A stretch of DNA of 64,000 bases from Octopus sinensis (GCF_006345805.1 NC_043012.1:8370001-8434000); one strand, 5' to 3'; counted from the first letter of the stretch, positions 25,925 to 39,399 are shown. Program-made: numbers and translations. The notes: generated by a model not told the origin, from the sequence alone.

Positions 25925-26149
25925 GAAACCAATGTATGTATGTATGTGTGTGTGTGAGTGCCATGCTGGCATAGGCTGGACAGTTTGGTAAGGCTGGGAG
26001 CTGCACCAAGATTCATTGTATTCTTTGGCATGGTTTCTGTAGCTGGATACCCTTCCTAATGCCAACCACTTTACAAAGTGTATGAGTGCTTTTTACGTGG
26101 CACCAGGACCAGTAGAATTCTTGATTGATGGTCTGAACTTGGGGGACGA

Positions 26150-26560
26150 ATTCTTGATACACAATGCCACATTTCCAGGATTGATGCTTGTGGCAGGTCT
26201 TACAGGTCACTCATCACGTTCAAGGGACATTCTTCCGCTTTTAAAGCGCCTGTGTATGACCCATTGCCTTGTCGACGTAAGCTTGCTGATGCATGGTCAA
26301 TGTCTCTGTAGCAGACTTCCCGAGTTTAGTGCAAAATTTCATGTCGGCTATTTGCTCCAACTTCCTGTCCATGACAAAATCGCAGTCTACTGCATACATG
26401 TGCTGACAAGAACACATTTTGTGAAGGAAACACAGCAATGTCATTGGGCACCACACTAACTCATGAAGATTACTGCTAGCTCTCACTGTGTATGCAACCG
26501 TGTGCTGCCATCTGCTGGTGTGTTACAGAACTAGTGTGGGAACCTTTTGATACCACCTCA

Positions 26561-26562
<2 letters not shown>
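26150..26562 (-). mobile_element. mariner transposon 5' fragment (distinct lineage)
   Basis: TIR TATGAGGTGGTATCAAAAGGTTCC; MDRKLEQIADMKFCTKLGKSATET..RRFKSGRMSLERDE. Confidence 0.8.
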
Positions 26563-26591
<29 letters not shown>

Positions 26592-26614
26592 GTGTGTGTG
26601 TGTGTGTATAGATA

Positions 26615-26646
<32 letters not shown>

Positions 26647-26697
26647 CACACACATATATAGATGCTTGCAAACCCACAGATAACCATACACATGTAT

Positions 26698-26732
<35 letters not shown>

Positions 26733-26744
26733 ATATATCATTTA

Positions 26745-27105
26745 TCTTTTACTTTTTACTTGCTTCAGTCATTAGACTGTGGCCATGCTGGGGCACCACC
26801 TTGATGAATCTTTTAGTTGAATGGATTGACCCCTGTGCTTATTTTTTGTTTCTTTGTTAAGCCTGGTACTTGTTCTATCAGTCTCCTTTGTTGAACTGCT
26901 AAGTTACAGGGACATAAACATTCCAAAACCAGTTGACAAACAGTGGTGAGGGATAAACACACACACACATACATGATGGGCTTCTTTCAGTTTCTACCTA
27001 CTAAATACACACACAAGGCTATAGCAGAAGACTCTTACCCAAGGTGCCACACAGTGGAACTGAACCCTGGATCATATGGTTGGGAAGCAAACTTCTTACC
27101 GCACA
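26745..27105 (-). mobile_element. SINE family 1
   Basis: Diverged copy. Confidence 0.8.
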
Positions 27106-27249
27106 CGATTTTACTACAGAGCTGCTTCTTTTGGTGTAATTCAAGATTTATTATTCTTCTGATGATTGTTGTCATCCTGCAGCTTCTTCCATGCACTTGA
27201 TATGCGTCCTTGGTTATAAAAAGATTCCTCAATTCCGCTCTGTGTACTA

Positions 27250-27645
27250 GAAATAGCAGCTAAATTTCCCTTATATCACATGCTTCAGTCTTGAGAAAGG
27301 AAAGACACATTCAACAATTGAGTAGTTTTAGAAGAGATGGTCATAGTTAGATTGCCATTGATCACAGGCCTGCTTGACCAGGGCTGACACGGGGCTAAAC
27401 TACAACAACAGCAACAGTCACAGAAGTATCAGCAAGCTGAAGGAGCCTCTATGTGGTCACCTGACCTACTAGAAGTAGCAGTTAAATCTCCCTCAAATCA
27501 AATTTCAGCATGTTAGAAAATGGCATCCTGGATAGAGTGGTGTTTACTTTATTGTAAGAAGGAAAATATATACAGGATGGTCATCATTGGAATAACTTTG
27601 ATCATATATCTGCTTCATCAGGACTGACCTAGAGCTAAAAAAAAA
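27250..27645 (+). mobile_element. Older SINE-like repeat, two partial copies (CTAGAAATAGCAGC..GGGCTAAAC(AAC)n)
   Basis: Related decayed copies at 12610-12790, 18450-18665, 42560-42700 and 62520-62635. Confidence 0.6.
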
Positions 27646-28028
27646 AAATTACAGCAACCCCACCGCCGCCGCCACTACAACCACCACCAACAAGAACAAG
27701 ATGAGAAAATAAAGAATATTGTGAAATGGTAGTGCACCAAGAGATTGATGAAATACCCAAGAATATTGATCAGTTATTGATCTTTGGAGATGAATCAGAT
27801 AAAATAGGACTGGAATTATCTGAATATAAAATAATCATAATAATGTTGTTGTTGCTGCTCATAGTTATATACACACTTTTAACTCTCTCTTTCTCCACCT
27901 CTCTCTCTCTCTACAAGACACTTGGCCAATGTATCACAGAGTGAGACTGACCCTAAAACTATCGGCTTGGAATAACTACACATACATGCCTACCCGTATA
28001 CACACACATACATTCATACACATATGGC

Positions 28029-28350
28029 CTCCGTGCCGGTGGCACGTAAAAGCACCATCCATTCGTGTCCATTGCCTGCCTCGCCTGGCCCCCGTGCCAG
28101 TGGCACGTAAAAGCACCATCCGTTCGTGGCCGTTTGCCAGCTCCGTCTGACTCCTGTGCGGGCGGCACGTAAAAAGCACCCACTACACTCGCGGAGTGGT
28201 TGGCGTTAGGAAGGGCATCCAGCCGTAGAAACACTGCCAGATCAGTCTGGAGCCTGGAGCAGTCTCCTGGCTTCCCAGACCCCGGTCGAACCGTCCAACC
28301 CATGCTAGCATGGAGAACGGACGTTAAACGATGATGATGATGATGATGAT
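28029..28350 (+). mobile_element. SINE-like family 3 with three 5' tandem GGCACGTAAAAGCACC units
   Basis: Young, CpG-rich copy. Confidence 0.85.
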
Positions 28351-28384
28351 ATATATATACATTCATGCACACACATATATAGAT

Positions 28385-28775
28385 AGGCGCAGACGTGGCT
28401 GTGTGGTTAAAAGTTTGCTTCTCAATCACATGGTTCCGAGTTCAGTCCCACTGCATGGTACCTTGGGCAAGTATTTTCTACTATAGCCTCGGGCTGACCA
28501 AAGCCTTGCGAGTGGATTTATTTCCAAGATGGAAGCTAAAAGAAACCTGTCATATGTGTGCGTGTTTGTGTTTATATGTGTTTGTACCTCCTTGCCGCTT
28601 GAAGAATAGTGTTGGTTTGTTTATGTCCCCTAACTTATTGACTTGGCAAAAGAGACCAATAGAATAAGTACCAAATTTAAAAAGGTAAGTATTGAGGTTA
28701 ATACAGTCAGCTAAAGCCTTCAAACTGGTGACCCAGCATGGCTACAGTCCAATAACTGAAACAAGGAAATAAAAA
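28385..28775 (+). mobile_element. SINE family 1
   Basis: Diverged copy. Confidence 0.8.
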
Positions 28776-29015
28776 TAAAAAGGTGTACGAATTCATAATT
28801 ATATGCAAATGATGTTAAATTAATGTTTTGATGTTAGACTATTGAAAAGGAGTGGCCAATTTAGGGGCTGCTAACAGCATTCAGGAGCTCAGTGTTCAAA
28901 GGATTAAAACCAAACCTTTTTCATTGCTGAGTTTTTAAAGACTTTATCAGGAGCAGTATCACATTTCTAAATGAGTGGAGGGAAGTCAAAAGGGCTCACA
29001 GAAAGTGAAGAATCA

Positions 29016-29405
29016 TAGGTGCAGGCATGGCTGTTTGGTAAGAAGCTTGCTTCCCAACTGCATGGTTCCAGGTTCAGTCCCACTTTGTGGCAATTTGGGC
29101 AAGTGTCTTCAACTATAACCTCAGGCGGATCAAAGCCTTGTCAGTGGATTTGGCAGCTGGAAACTGAAAGATGCCCATTGTATATATGTGTGTGTGTGTG
29201 TGTGTGTGTCTTTTCTCCCACCACGATTTGACAAGCAGTGTTGGTGAGTTTATGTCCCTGTAACTTAGTGGTTTTGCAAAAGAGACTGATAGAATAAGTA
29301 CCAGGCTTAGTAAAATGAAAGAACTGGTGTTGATTCATTCTTCAAAGCAGTGCCCCAGCATGGCCAAAGTCTAATGACTGAAACAAGTAAAAGATAAAAG
29401 ATAAA
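29016..29405 (+). mobile_element. SINE family 1
   Basis: Diverged copy. Confidence 0.8.
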
Positions 29406-29419
29406 ACTAAATCATGAAG

Positions 29420-30385
29420 CAGGTATCATCTTGGAACTTCGATCATAGAAGGCACAAGATGTGTGACGGAGATCGAAACACGGAACTGTGCTGGTAAAAT
29501 CTGCATTCTCAGAATAGTATAACATCTTGAGAAGCCGTACTCTGAGAATAAAGACCAGGATCTGTATACAGAACTGCTATGTCTACCTTGTGTTAATGTG
29601 TGGAAGTGAGGCATGGTCTGTAACACGAGAAATGAGAAGGCGCTTGGAGAATTGTGAAATGTGGTTCTTCAGGAGATTATTGCAGACAGCATGGACAAAG
29701 TATCTAATGAAGTGATGACCTGGGCTGAGGGTAAATAGAAAACTGCTTTGTGAGAAAAGGGCCAAGCAACTGAGATTTCTTGGTCAGGAGTAGCTGGGTG
29801 GTAAGTAGCTTGCTTACCACCCACATGGTTCTGGGTTAGGGTTCAGCATCACTTGTCAAGCGATGGTTGGGGGACAAACACAGACACACAAACATATACA
29901 TATATGTATATATACGACAGGCTTCTTTCGGTTTCTGTCTACCATATCCACCCACAAGGCTTTGGTTGGCCCAAGGCTATAGTAGAAGACACTTGTCCAA
30001 CTTCACAACTGATGCTGGTGTGTTCACGTTGCCGTAACTTGGCGGTTTCGCAAAAGAGACCAATAGAATAAGAACTATGCTTACAAAGAATAAGTCCTGG
30101 GGTCGATTTGTTCAACTAAAGGTGGTGCTCCAGCATAGCCACAGTCAAATGACCGAAACAAATAAAAGAATAGGATGAGGAAAGAAGGCCTTAAGAATTT
30201 AGCAATGACCAGAAAGCTTGAAGGAAAGAGAAGGATGATATGGATGTCAATCTCGACGAATTGGTTGGAAGAAAGAGGCATTAAACATCAAGAAGCGGAA
30301 CTGTTACAGAAAACAAAGAACAGAGAATTGTGGCAGGACATGATTGCCAATGTCCTACATTCTAGACAAGGCATCTAAAAAAAGA
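29420..30385 (+). mobile_element. RTE/BovB-like LINE 3' fragment split by SINE pieces (about 29785-30170)
   Basis: YVYLVLMCGSEAWSVTREMRRRLENCEMWFFRRLLQTAW, then RKEGLKNLAMTRKLEGKRR..ELWQDMIANV*. Confidence 0.8.
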
Positions 30386-31349
30386 AAGCAAGTGAAATTT
30401 CCTCACTTGAAGGGTTTCCTCCTAATCTAGATTCTTTTACTGACTCATACAGATGTTATTGTTGCTTTTCATTCTTATTGTTTTCTTTGTACATTTTCAT
30501 TCTGGATATATCACCACCCATGTACACACACACACACACACACACACACTCATGTATAGGCACAAGCATGACTGCATGGTTAAGAAATTTGCTTTCCAAC
30601 AACATGGTTTCAAGTTCAATCCTACCGCCTGGTATCTTCAACTACAGCCCCTCGCTGACAAAAGCCTTGTAAATGAATTTGATAGATGGAAACTGAAACA
30701 AACCTATCATATATATATATGTATATATATGCAAGTGGCAGAGAATTCCACAGACATGTTACCCTTAATGTAGTTCTCAGGGAGATTCAGCGTGAAACAA
30801 AGTGTGACAAGGGTAGCCCTTTGAAATACAGGTACTACTCATTTTTGCCAGCTGAATGGACTGGAGCAATGTGAAACAAAGTGTCTTGCTCAAGGACATA
30901 ATGTGTTGCTGGGAATTGAACTCATGACCATACAATCATGAGCCGAATGCCTCTACCCACTAAGCCACACGAAGAAGGCACTAAAAGAGAATGACTCTCC
31001 CAGACACAATAATATATATACATATATACACATATGCATACATACATATATGTATACATACATACATATATACATACATATGTATACATATATATGCACA
31101 TATGTATATATACATATATGTAAGTGTGTGTATGTTTGTGTTGCCTTGTCATGGCATCATGTGACAGTAGTAAAGGAGTGTCACCATCATGCAAGGTGTC
31201 ACTTAGTTTCAGTCTTGTATGGAAAACATATCCCGCAAAGAGGAAATATTTCTTTGTTTGGAAACGAGAGTTGGCAACAGGAAGGGTATCCATCCATAGA
31301 AAACCTGCATGAACCCTGCAAGCAATGGTTTTTTTAAAAAATATCTTTT

Positions 31350-31561
31350 GTCTTTTAATTGTTTTAGTCATCTGACTGTGGCCATGCTGGGGCACCACCT
31401 TGAAGAATTTTAGCCAAATAGTTTGACACAAGTACTTATTGTTTTTTGAAATTTGGTAAATTTTCTATCGATCCCTTTTGCCAAACCACTAAGTTACGGG
31501 GGGCATAATAACACCAACACTAATTGTCAAGTTGCAATGAGGGACAAACACCGACCTAGAC

Positions 31562-31592
<31 letters not shown>

Positions 31593-31740
31593 ATGGGCTT
31601 CTTTCAGTTTTTGTCTACCAAATTCACTCACAAGGCTTTGGTTGGCCTGAGGTTTTAGAAGACGCCCAACATGCTACACAGTGGGACTGAACCCAGAACC
31701 ATGTGGTTGGGAAGCAAACTTCTTATCATACAGCCATGTC
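31350..31740 (-). mobile_element. SINE family 1
   Basis: Diverged copy. Confidence 0.8.
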
Positions 31741-33629
31741 TGATAAACCATATTTAAGTGAGTGTATATATAATCACTATAATGTCTAATTTCTTATGTT
31801 GAAGTGATGTGTATCGCCAGTCATGTTGATCTTTGCTTTTATCTCCTCTGTCAACTCCAACAATTTCAGATGTCTGTCTTCATCTTTTTCTACAATCGAC
31901 AATGAGGACACACCTTGTCACCTACAATATCCATCTACTTGCTATTCATAGCCATTCCTCCATTTCCTGTCTGCAGACCTCATGGATTTATATCAAAAAC
32001 ATCATTACCTCTACAAATGTCTCATCAGCATCATTATCACCACCAATATCATCTACATCATCATAATCTTTTAATGCACATATTCCTTACTGGTATGGGT
32101 TGGAACCATGGTCGTATAGAACAGGAATTGAATCATTGGTTGCTATCTTTAATAAAGCAGCTTTTTTCTCTCAGCACATCTCTCGAGGGAGCCACTACAC
32201 AGTCTTTCAATCTGCTGGAAACAGCAATGAAATCTCACTTAAGTTACACCCTACTACTTTAACTGAAACAAGCCTATACACACAAAATTCCATTTGTATA
32301 TATTTATTTAATTGTTTATAATTTCTGATGTTTACATAACAAATTTGCTAAATCCTAAAATACTTGCTCCTTTTTACTTTCAGCCGTCCAGGAAAACACA
32401 AATTATTATATGGTGTCGTGCAGTTTTATATTATATTTTAAAATATTCTTCGATGATTTAAATTTATTTATTATTTCATTAACAGCAAGAAACACTTTAA
32501 AACAAAACATTTTGGAAATATATTTTCAAATGATCAGAAAAATTTACTTAGTTGTTTCCCTTGAATAAATATGAATTATTTCCCTTACTTCCAAAATAAA
32601 ATACTTCACTTTTTGCTCACAAAAGAAAATTTCTTCGATAGTCCTTAATGGTTATTATAATTAAATTAGTGATTTTATTAGATTAATTAAAAGTCAATTC
32701 CTTAAAAATCATATTCATCTTTCATCTCCTCAAAATATGCAGTTACTATTTCTCTAATACTTAGGATGGTTGTTAAATGTTAAAATGTATTACATAAGCT
32801 GTTTATGTTTGCTTGGTCTACCAGAATATTCCCTTTAACACTTACCTCATATATTTCAAAAGGTTTGATATACATTACTAAGAAGATTTTAAAAAAAAGA
32901 TAGCTTACAGCGTTCAGGTGTTGTACAACTTTGTTAAAAAAGGGTAAAAAAAAAGGGAGACAGAAAACAGCAAATGATAGCCAAAAGTACAAGTATTTTA
33001 GACAAGAGAAAACACAAGAAGACAGAAAAGTGAACGTTGAAAGAGCCATGAAAAGGAAAAGGGTGCATAGGCACAGCAGGAGTAATGTTGATGAATTTCA
33101 TGAAGCCTGAAACTTTTGAAGGATAATAATGTCCTGACATAGCTGAAAACCCGATGTGGGTTGCTTATTCTATGCTTTGACAATACTGAGCATGAAAAAT
33201 GTTTCTGAAAGTCATGTGTGTTGGATTGCTTTTTGATTTTATAAGCATGTCAATGGGTGGTAGAGATATTAAATTCAAACTGGCCAAAGTTGTTGGAAAG
33301 GTGGTGGGTAATCTTGTGGGCTTTGCTGATAGATGTTAAAACTTTAGTGTGGCAATGCCCAAGACATGGTAATCAGCTACTGAAGGGCATTTGTTTGCAA
33401 GAAGTTGACTGTGGGAAAGAGGAAAGGTTTCATGTTTCAAACAAATCTCTTCAATGAATTATTTATTATTTATCAATGGAGACCATTACCAGTTCTTTCA
33501 GCTTTATTGTTTCATATAAATATATGTTAGTTGAGTGTCTTGCTCAAGGAGTTGGAGGCAGAAGTGTGTGTGTGTATATATATATATATACATATATTAT
33601 ATATACATATACATACATATATATATTAT

Positions 33630-33880
33630 ATATCATCATCATCATTGTTTAACGTCCATTTTCCATGCTAGCATGGGTTGGACGGTTCAACTGGGGTCTG
33701 GGAAGCCAGAAGGCTGCGCCAGGCCCAGTCTGATCTGGCAGTGTTTCTACGGCTGGATGCCCTTCCTAACGCCAACCACTCCGTGAGTGTAGTGGGTGCT
33801 TTTTATGTGCCACTGGTACAGGGGCCAGAGGAGGCTGGCAAACAACCATGATCGGATGGTGCTTTTTACGTGCCACCGGA
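33630..33880 (-). mobile_element. SINE-like family 3
   Basis: Core and tail. Confidence 0.8.
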
Positions 33881-34158
33881 CTACTCGACAAAAATTTTCT
33901 TTCCAAGAATGCCAATTTTTGAGCATTCTCACCAAGACTTCAGTTGTTTTTATTTTTTTTAATACTTTTGGTCCTACAGTCAAGTTACAATGTTTCTAAA
34001 TGCAAAGATCTTTTCCTTTTAGTTTGTTTCAGTCATTCGACTGCAGCCATGCTGGAGCACCACCTCAAAGGGTTTAGTCCAACAAATCAGCCCCAATATT
34101 TTTTGAGTCTGGTGCTTATTTTTTCAGTTTCATTTGCCAAACCCCTATGTTACAGGGA

Positions 34159-34199
<41 letters not shown>

Positions 34200-34509
34200 T
34201 CATTATCATCATCATCGTTTAGCATCCGTTTTCCATGCTAGCATGACATTTCTGTTGGTTGAGCGTTGATCATTGACAAGACCAAGGAAGGTAAAAATCA
34301 TGTGATCTGGTGGTCTTGATGCTGCAGATGGTGGGAATTTATCTCCCTGCTAGCGATATAAGTAAGAATGCATTTTGCACCAAAAGCCAACATGAGAGTT
34401 TCCCCTCATGGCATCTATTGCAGTATAGTTTGTTCTAACAGAACATCTAATGTTTAAGCGGGGATAAATATTGCCTCTTGGTATTATACTGTCTTTATCA
34501 CTAATAAAT

Positions 34510-34736
34510 ATCATCATCATCGTTTAACGTCCGTTTTCCATGCTGGCATGGGTTGGACGGTTTGACTGAGAATTGGCAAGCCAGGAGACTGCACCAGACT
34601 CCAATCTGATCTGGCAAGGTTTCTACGGCTGGATGCCCTTCCTAATGCCAATCACTCTGAGAGTGCAGTGGGTGCTTTTTATGTGCCACTGGCACAGGAA
34701 CTACTTAGGCAGTACTGGCACTGGTTATGCAACACT

Positions 34737-34740
<4 letters not shown>
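34510..34740 (-). mobile_element. SINE-like family 3
   Basis: Core and tail. Confidence 0.8.
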
Positions 34741-34818
<78 letters not shown>

Positions 34819-35415
34819 CTTTGAATCTAAGACTGACAAATAAATACTGTTTCCAACAAGCAATTTACAAACCAGTTTGAAGGGCATCTGACCATACAAA
34901 CCATGCCAATGAAAAGAATGGAACACAAAGCAGTCAGCTAACCAGTCAGATCCCGTCAAACCATCTGGTCCACACGAGTTGGAACATTGACAGCAACGGC
35001 GATGACGGCTATTATTATATGTATCTGACAATTATATTAGGAACCACAATCGAAATATTGTCAATCCTGTCGACTTTCACACACGCACACATACACACAA
35101 GGTACTGAGTACTTTTGGTTTGCAGTCAATAAATCATTGATGTGGAAGAATGGTCAATAATAACTAGAAAGGGATTTGAATGGGGATGGCACAATAACAC
35201 GTATGAGCATGGTGGTGGTCATGGGTGGAGTGTTTGAAAATATTATTATAATTGCAATGCGTGGGCAAGCAATATGTTCTTTAATTGTTCCATTGTATGA
35301 TTTTTTTTGCGGGTTTTTATAATATAAAACTTACTTTTTCTTAATATCCGTCAATTTGGTGTTCTCCTGAACTACATAACACTGTACTGATACTATATAA
35401 CTCTGTACCAATCTT

Positions 35416-35451
<36 letters not shown>

Positions 35452-35504
35452 TGTGTACAGTGCTCAGGTGCACTACAACTCATCTAAAGTGTATATATAA
35501 TCAG

Positions 35505-35894
35505 GTAAAAGTGGGGTTGTGTGCTGTCTGTCTCCTACGATTTAGATTCCTAACTACTCCCACATTTCGCGGTGCAGTTTAACCAAAACCGGGTATCTTA
35601 TAGTCGTGGTTCATATTGAGCCCTTCTGGGTATTAGCGCACGTCTACGATGAGTCTACGATTTAAAAAAAAATTTACCATCAATTTTTCCTATTTTTAAT
35701 GCATTTTTGGCATATATAAGGGAGTAACTCTCTAAAAATGTATTATTAAATCTCAGAACGTAAAAAGCTACAGTAACACCCCCCCCACCTTTGTGGTTAG
35801 CCATATTGAGATGGCTATTATACTTTACATCTCTAAAAATGCTTATATAGTTATTTCCCTTACAAACCCGAGCAACGCCGAGCGATACTGCTAG
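35505..35894 (+). mobile_element. Non-autonomous Helitron, family H1 copy 1
   Basis: 3' hairpin CCCGAGCAACGCCGAG then CTAG|T; body shared with 42802 and 59198; 5' end uncertain. Confidence 0.8.
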
Positions 35895-36104
35895 TATTAT
35901 ATAAAACAATGTACAGAAACTATATGACATTGTACCGATAGTATATAATACTGTAAGCATCACCATTGTTTAATGTCAGCTTGCCGTATAACACTAATAC
36001 TAAATAATAACTAATGCTACATACCACTGTATAACTGATACTATGCATAACATACTAGAGCAATTATTAACTGGAAAATGACTTGAATTTTCCACAGGAT
36101 CCAC

Positions 36105-36178
36105 TACTCTCCTTTTGTATATTGTTACTCTCCTTTTGTATATTGTTACTCTCCTTTTGTATATTGTTACTCTCCTTC
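36105..36178. repeat. 21-bp tandem repeat, about 3.5 copies (TACTCTCCTTTTGTATATTGT)
   Basis: Direct inspection. Confidence 0.9.
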
Positions 36179-36449
36179 TCTCTTCAGATTCCCTCCATCC
36201 TCTTTCTTCCTCACTCTAAACACAACACATATCTCAAAAAATTGTTCTTTCAACCAATGGCCACCTAATTCATTTTAATCCTCTTCCAATAATTCATCTA
36301 ATTAGTTGAGTGCCAAAATTAGACGATGTTTGTATTAATCTTGGTCATTTTATTCTGTCCGATTTGAGAAATATACCAGAGATAAGAAAGCAAAAACAAA
36401 AAAAATGATTAAGATCAAGAGTCTCTATAAAAAAAGGAAGATTATAAAC

Positions 36450-37580
36450 TTATAAATCAGGTGAATTAGAAAACTGTTTCATGTGATCTTTTGCCAATGT
36501 GACCACCCCTGATAAATCAATCGCATCATCAGAAACTCTTAAATAACGACATTTGTTTAGATCTTTCCAAACTTCAATCGGCTTTTCTTGATGACCCCAC
36601 TCTGTTTGTACGACTGGATTGAAATGAATTGCCTGTTGAGCTTTTCTCAGGTGTTTATTCTTAGGGCTTAACACACCTTTACGAAACATGGTGTCATCTT
36701 TTGATGCTTTGTTTAGATACAGTCTGGTATGTTTCTCAGATGCAGATATAAAACTGTTCATGTTATCAATGAATTTTTTCGTTTTTTCATTGAGATCTTT
36801 GCATTTGTTAACTTCACTCTGCAGACATCTTTTTCGCTTTTCTTCAAACTGGTTTTCACCAAAATGACCTCCGCCAATATCGCTATCAAATTCTATTGGC
36901 CACATCTCAATATTCTGTAAATAATCCATGGATGAAGGTTTGGTATATTCTATGTGTGATGAAAATTGCATGTCAAGAGGGATGGGTGCCGTCATTGGTC
37001 GTGTACTTTGAACTGTTTGTCTGCTGCCTCTTCTACTCCAAACTGATGTCGCTGGTCGCTGTCGGACACTATTTCTTCTGTTAGATGTATTAAGTAATGC
37101 TGATAAGCTACTTATATTATCCTGACGCCGACCGACATGCATCGTTTCTTCAGCACTTTCTTCAGAGCTTATAGAACTCAAAATACTTTCGTCTTGTCCA
37201 AAAAGGAAATTTTTCACTGCCGACTTTGAAATTTCCTGAAGTGTAATATTTGGCTCAAGTTTCAAGCACCTGTAAGCAGCAGCGATTTTTAAAGCACTAC
37301 TTGAAACTGCAGACGGGAAAGAACTAGAATGTTTCTTTTGAGCTTCCAATTCCCTTACCTGAGATATTTCTTCAGCAGTAAGGTTAGATTTGATATGGGA
37401 AATTCTTTCTTTGAGTCGTTTCAGATAAACTTTCAGAATGCGCAGGTCAAGTTCAAAAACTTTTGATGAGTATTTTCTCTCCATATCGATGGTCTGCAGA
37501 CATTTTTGAAGGAAACGTTCTTCTCTGAGGTTAACAACAATGGCAACGAGTTCTCGGTTAGCTCCAGCTGGTGACATCAT
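36450..37580 (-). CDS. Uncharacterised 376-aa protein (N-terminal coiled-coil-like segment, Ser/Arg-rich middle, C-terminal WKDLNKCRYLR block)
   Basis: Only long non-repetitive ORF in the window. The first 28 codons of the 404-aa ORF are the polypyrimidine tract; acceptor ttttctctattcaccAG at 37604 lies 23 nt before MMSPAG. AATAAA (minus) at 36348-36353. Confidence 0.85.
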   Translation of the reverse strand: MMSPAGANRELVAIVVNLREERFLQKCLQTIDMERKYSSKVFELDLRILKVYLKRLKERISHIKSNLTAEEISQVRELEAQKKHSSSFPSAVSSSALKIAAAYRCLKLEPNITLQEISKSAVKNFLFGQDESILSSISSEESAEETMHVGRRQDNISSLSALLNTSNRRNSVRQRPATSVWSRRGSRQTVQSTRPMTAPIPLDMQFSSHIEYTKPSSMDYLQNIEMWPIEFDSDIGGGHFGENQFEEKRKRCLQSEVNKCKDLNEKTKKFIDNMNSFISASEKHTRLYLNKASKDDTMFRKGVLSPKNKHLRKAQQAIHFNPVVQTEWGHQEKPIEVWKDLNKCRYLRVSDDAIDLSGVVTLAKDHMKQFSNSPDL

Positions 37581-37919
37581 GGGTGATAGGTGATGGTATA
37601 ATGCTGGTGAATAGAGAAAAAAAAACAATACAAAATATTTCAACAACAGCAACAATAATAACAATCATCATCATCATCATAATCACCACCATAACTTTTT
37701 ACATCTACCTTTCCATACTTGCACTGGTTAGATGGGTTGCTTATAACATGGCATCTCACGATTTGCTGCATCATTTTGCCATCTCCTTTGTGCAGTTCAG
37801 CACCCTGAGATCAATTCTTACCACTTCTACCCACGTCTTCCCTGGACTTCGTCTTCCACAATTTTCTTCCTGGTACTTCTTTATCCAACTGCTACCATTC
37901 ATACACACTACATGTTTAT

Positions 37920-38066
37920 ATCTGTTTCTTTATTACCCACAAGGGGCTAAACATAGAGGGGACAAACAAGGACAGACAAACGAATTAAGTTGATTACATC
38001 GACCCCCAGTGCGTAACTGGTACTTATTTAATCGACCCCGAAAGGATGAAAGGCAAAGTCGACCTA
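37920..38066 (-). mobile_element. SINE family 2 (partial)
   Basis: Core and tail. Confidence 0.8.
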
Positions 38067-38299
38067 CATGTTTATATCAATACAGTCATCTCTCTCTTAC
38101 ACACAACAACTAATTCCTCACATACTCAATAACCCTGAAACCATTAACTACAACATGAAGGGGACTGTGTGCCCAACAAAAGCTTCAGACTGTGACTGTC
38201 TAAAAACTTTACTGGTGTTGGATGAGTGTGAAACACAGACTTCTAAAGGTGGCTGCAACTAAGCAATTGAGGGCATTTGAAACGACATATTAGAAGAAA

Positions 38300-38730
38300 G
38301 TGTTAGTTAGTTAATTTTTGGTTCAAAAAGCAAAAAGCAAGGCCATGTAGGGGGACATGGAGTTATGTACAGGGTGGTGTTCATGTAAAGAGTTCAGGCC
38401 ACTTGAGGTCAAGGGAGACTTTGAACCGAGCGGTCGTCGGCATCTTCACCATCTCGTCTGGCAGCTTGTTCCACGAATCCGCAACCCGGACGGAGAAAGC
38501 CCCTCTCCTTCGATTGAGATGAAATCGTCGCAGATAGAGCTTTTCGGAATGACCCCACAGCCGATGCTCTGGAGCAGGAGTGAAGAACAGCTCTTTCGAG
38601 AGGTTACACTTTCCGCTTATGATGTTGTGAGTGAGAATGAGATCTCCACGGCAGATGTGGAATGCATCAGTCCTGAAGAAGGCAGGATGAAATAAAATTC
38701 TGATGATAGCCCTCAGGTGGCGGAAACTAA
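38300..38730 (-). mobile_element. CR1-like LINE 3' end
   Basis: GDLILTHNII..GHSEKLYLRRFHLNRRRGAFSVRVADSWNKLP..LDLKWPELFT*, with an (ACTA)n tail. Confidence 0.8.
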
Positions 38731-39399
38731 TATTTTGGACACAGTATCAAGACTCACAACTTTTGTATTCATATCACTGGAGACTGGGTGAGTGGATGGG
38801 GGAGAAGAAGATGAAGGGATAATATGCAAGACTGGATGGGAAGGACCCTGATGGAATGCAGCGTGTGGCAAAAGATGGTAGTTGTGTATGAGGCTTCATC
38901 TTTTGCTGCTGATCTTTGGCCATGGAAATTTAGTTGTTTGTACCATGTCACACATCCGGTGGAGCATACTTGCTACGTTTCTCTCCAACCTTCATACATC
39001 CTTGACTTCCAGAGCCAGCATTTCATTATCCTGCAGCACTGCAGTTTGTTCACAAACATCGTACGATCTACTCTCTTCTCGCAAATCATAGCAATAACAA
39101 TAACTAGAAGAAGAAGATACATACACACAAACACATAATATATACACAAAAAATACATAAACATAAATGTTTCAGCTGAAAAGAGAATTAAAGAAATAAA
39201 ACTTTTGCATGGAAATTGCCGAACAAACATTTTCATTATTGTGCTACTTTAACCAAAAGATTGCCAAAATTTCAATGCTAACATGATTAATTCAAGACAT
39301 TGGGAATAAATAAGCTTTGTATGACAGAATAATCTAAATGCTAAAGGGTTCAATTCTGATGATGGTTAGACCTTGGTACATCATCAGTCATGTTTCTCC

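Noticed and set aside
32846-33150. Minus-strand exon candidates (AG..GAG|GTAAGT at 32846-32928; MSGHYYPSKV.. ORF) and a plus-strand basic ORF
   Set aside because: Splice signals are plausible, but the pieces cannot be joined in a consistent frame, no homology is recognised, and the readings on the two strands conflict. Needs RNA-seq.
37581-37664. Hydrophobic N-terminus (MLLLLLLLKYFVLFFFL) of the 404-aa ORF as a signal peptide
   Set aside because: It is the (TTG/ATT)n tract and polypyrimidine tract of an intron acceptor; the true start is probably 37580.
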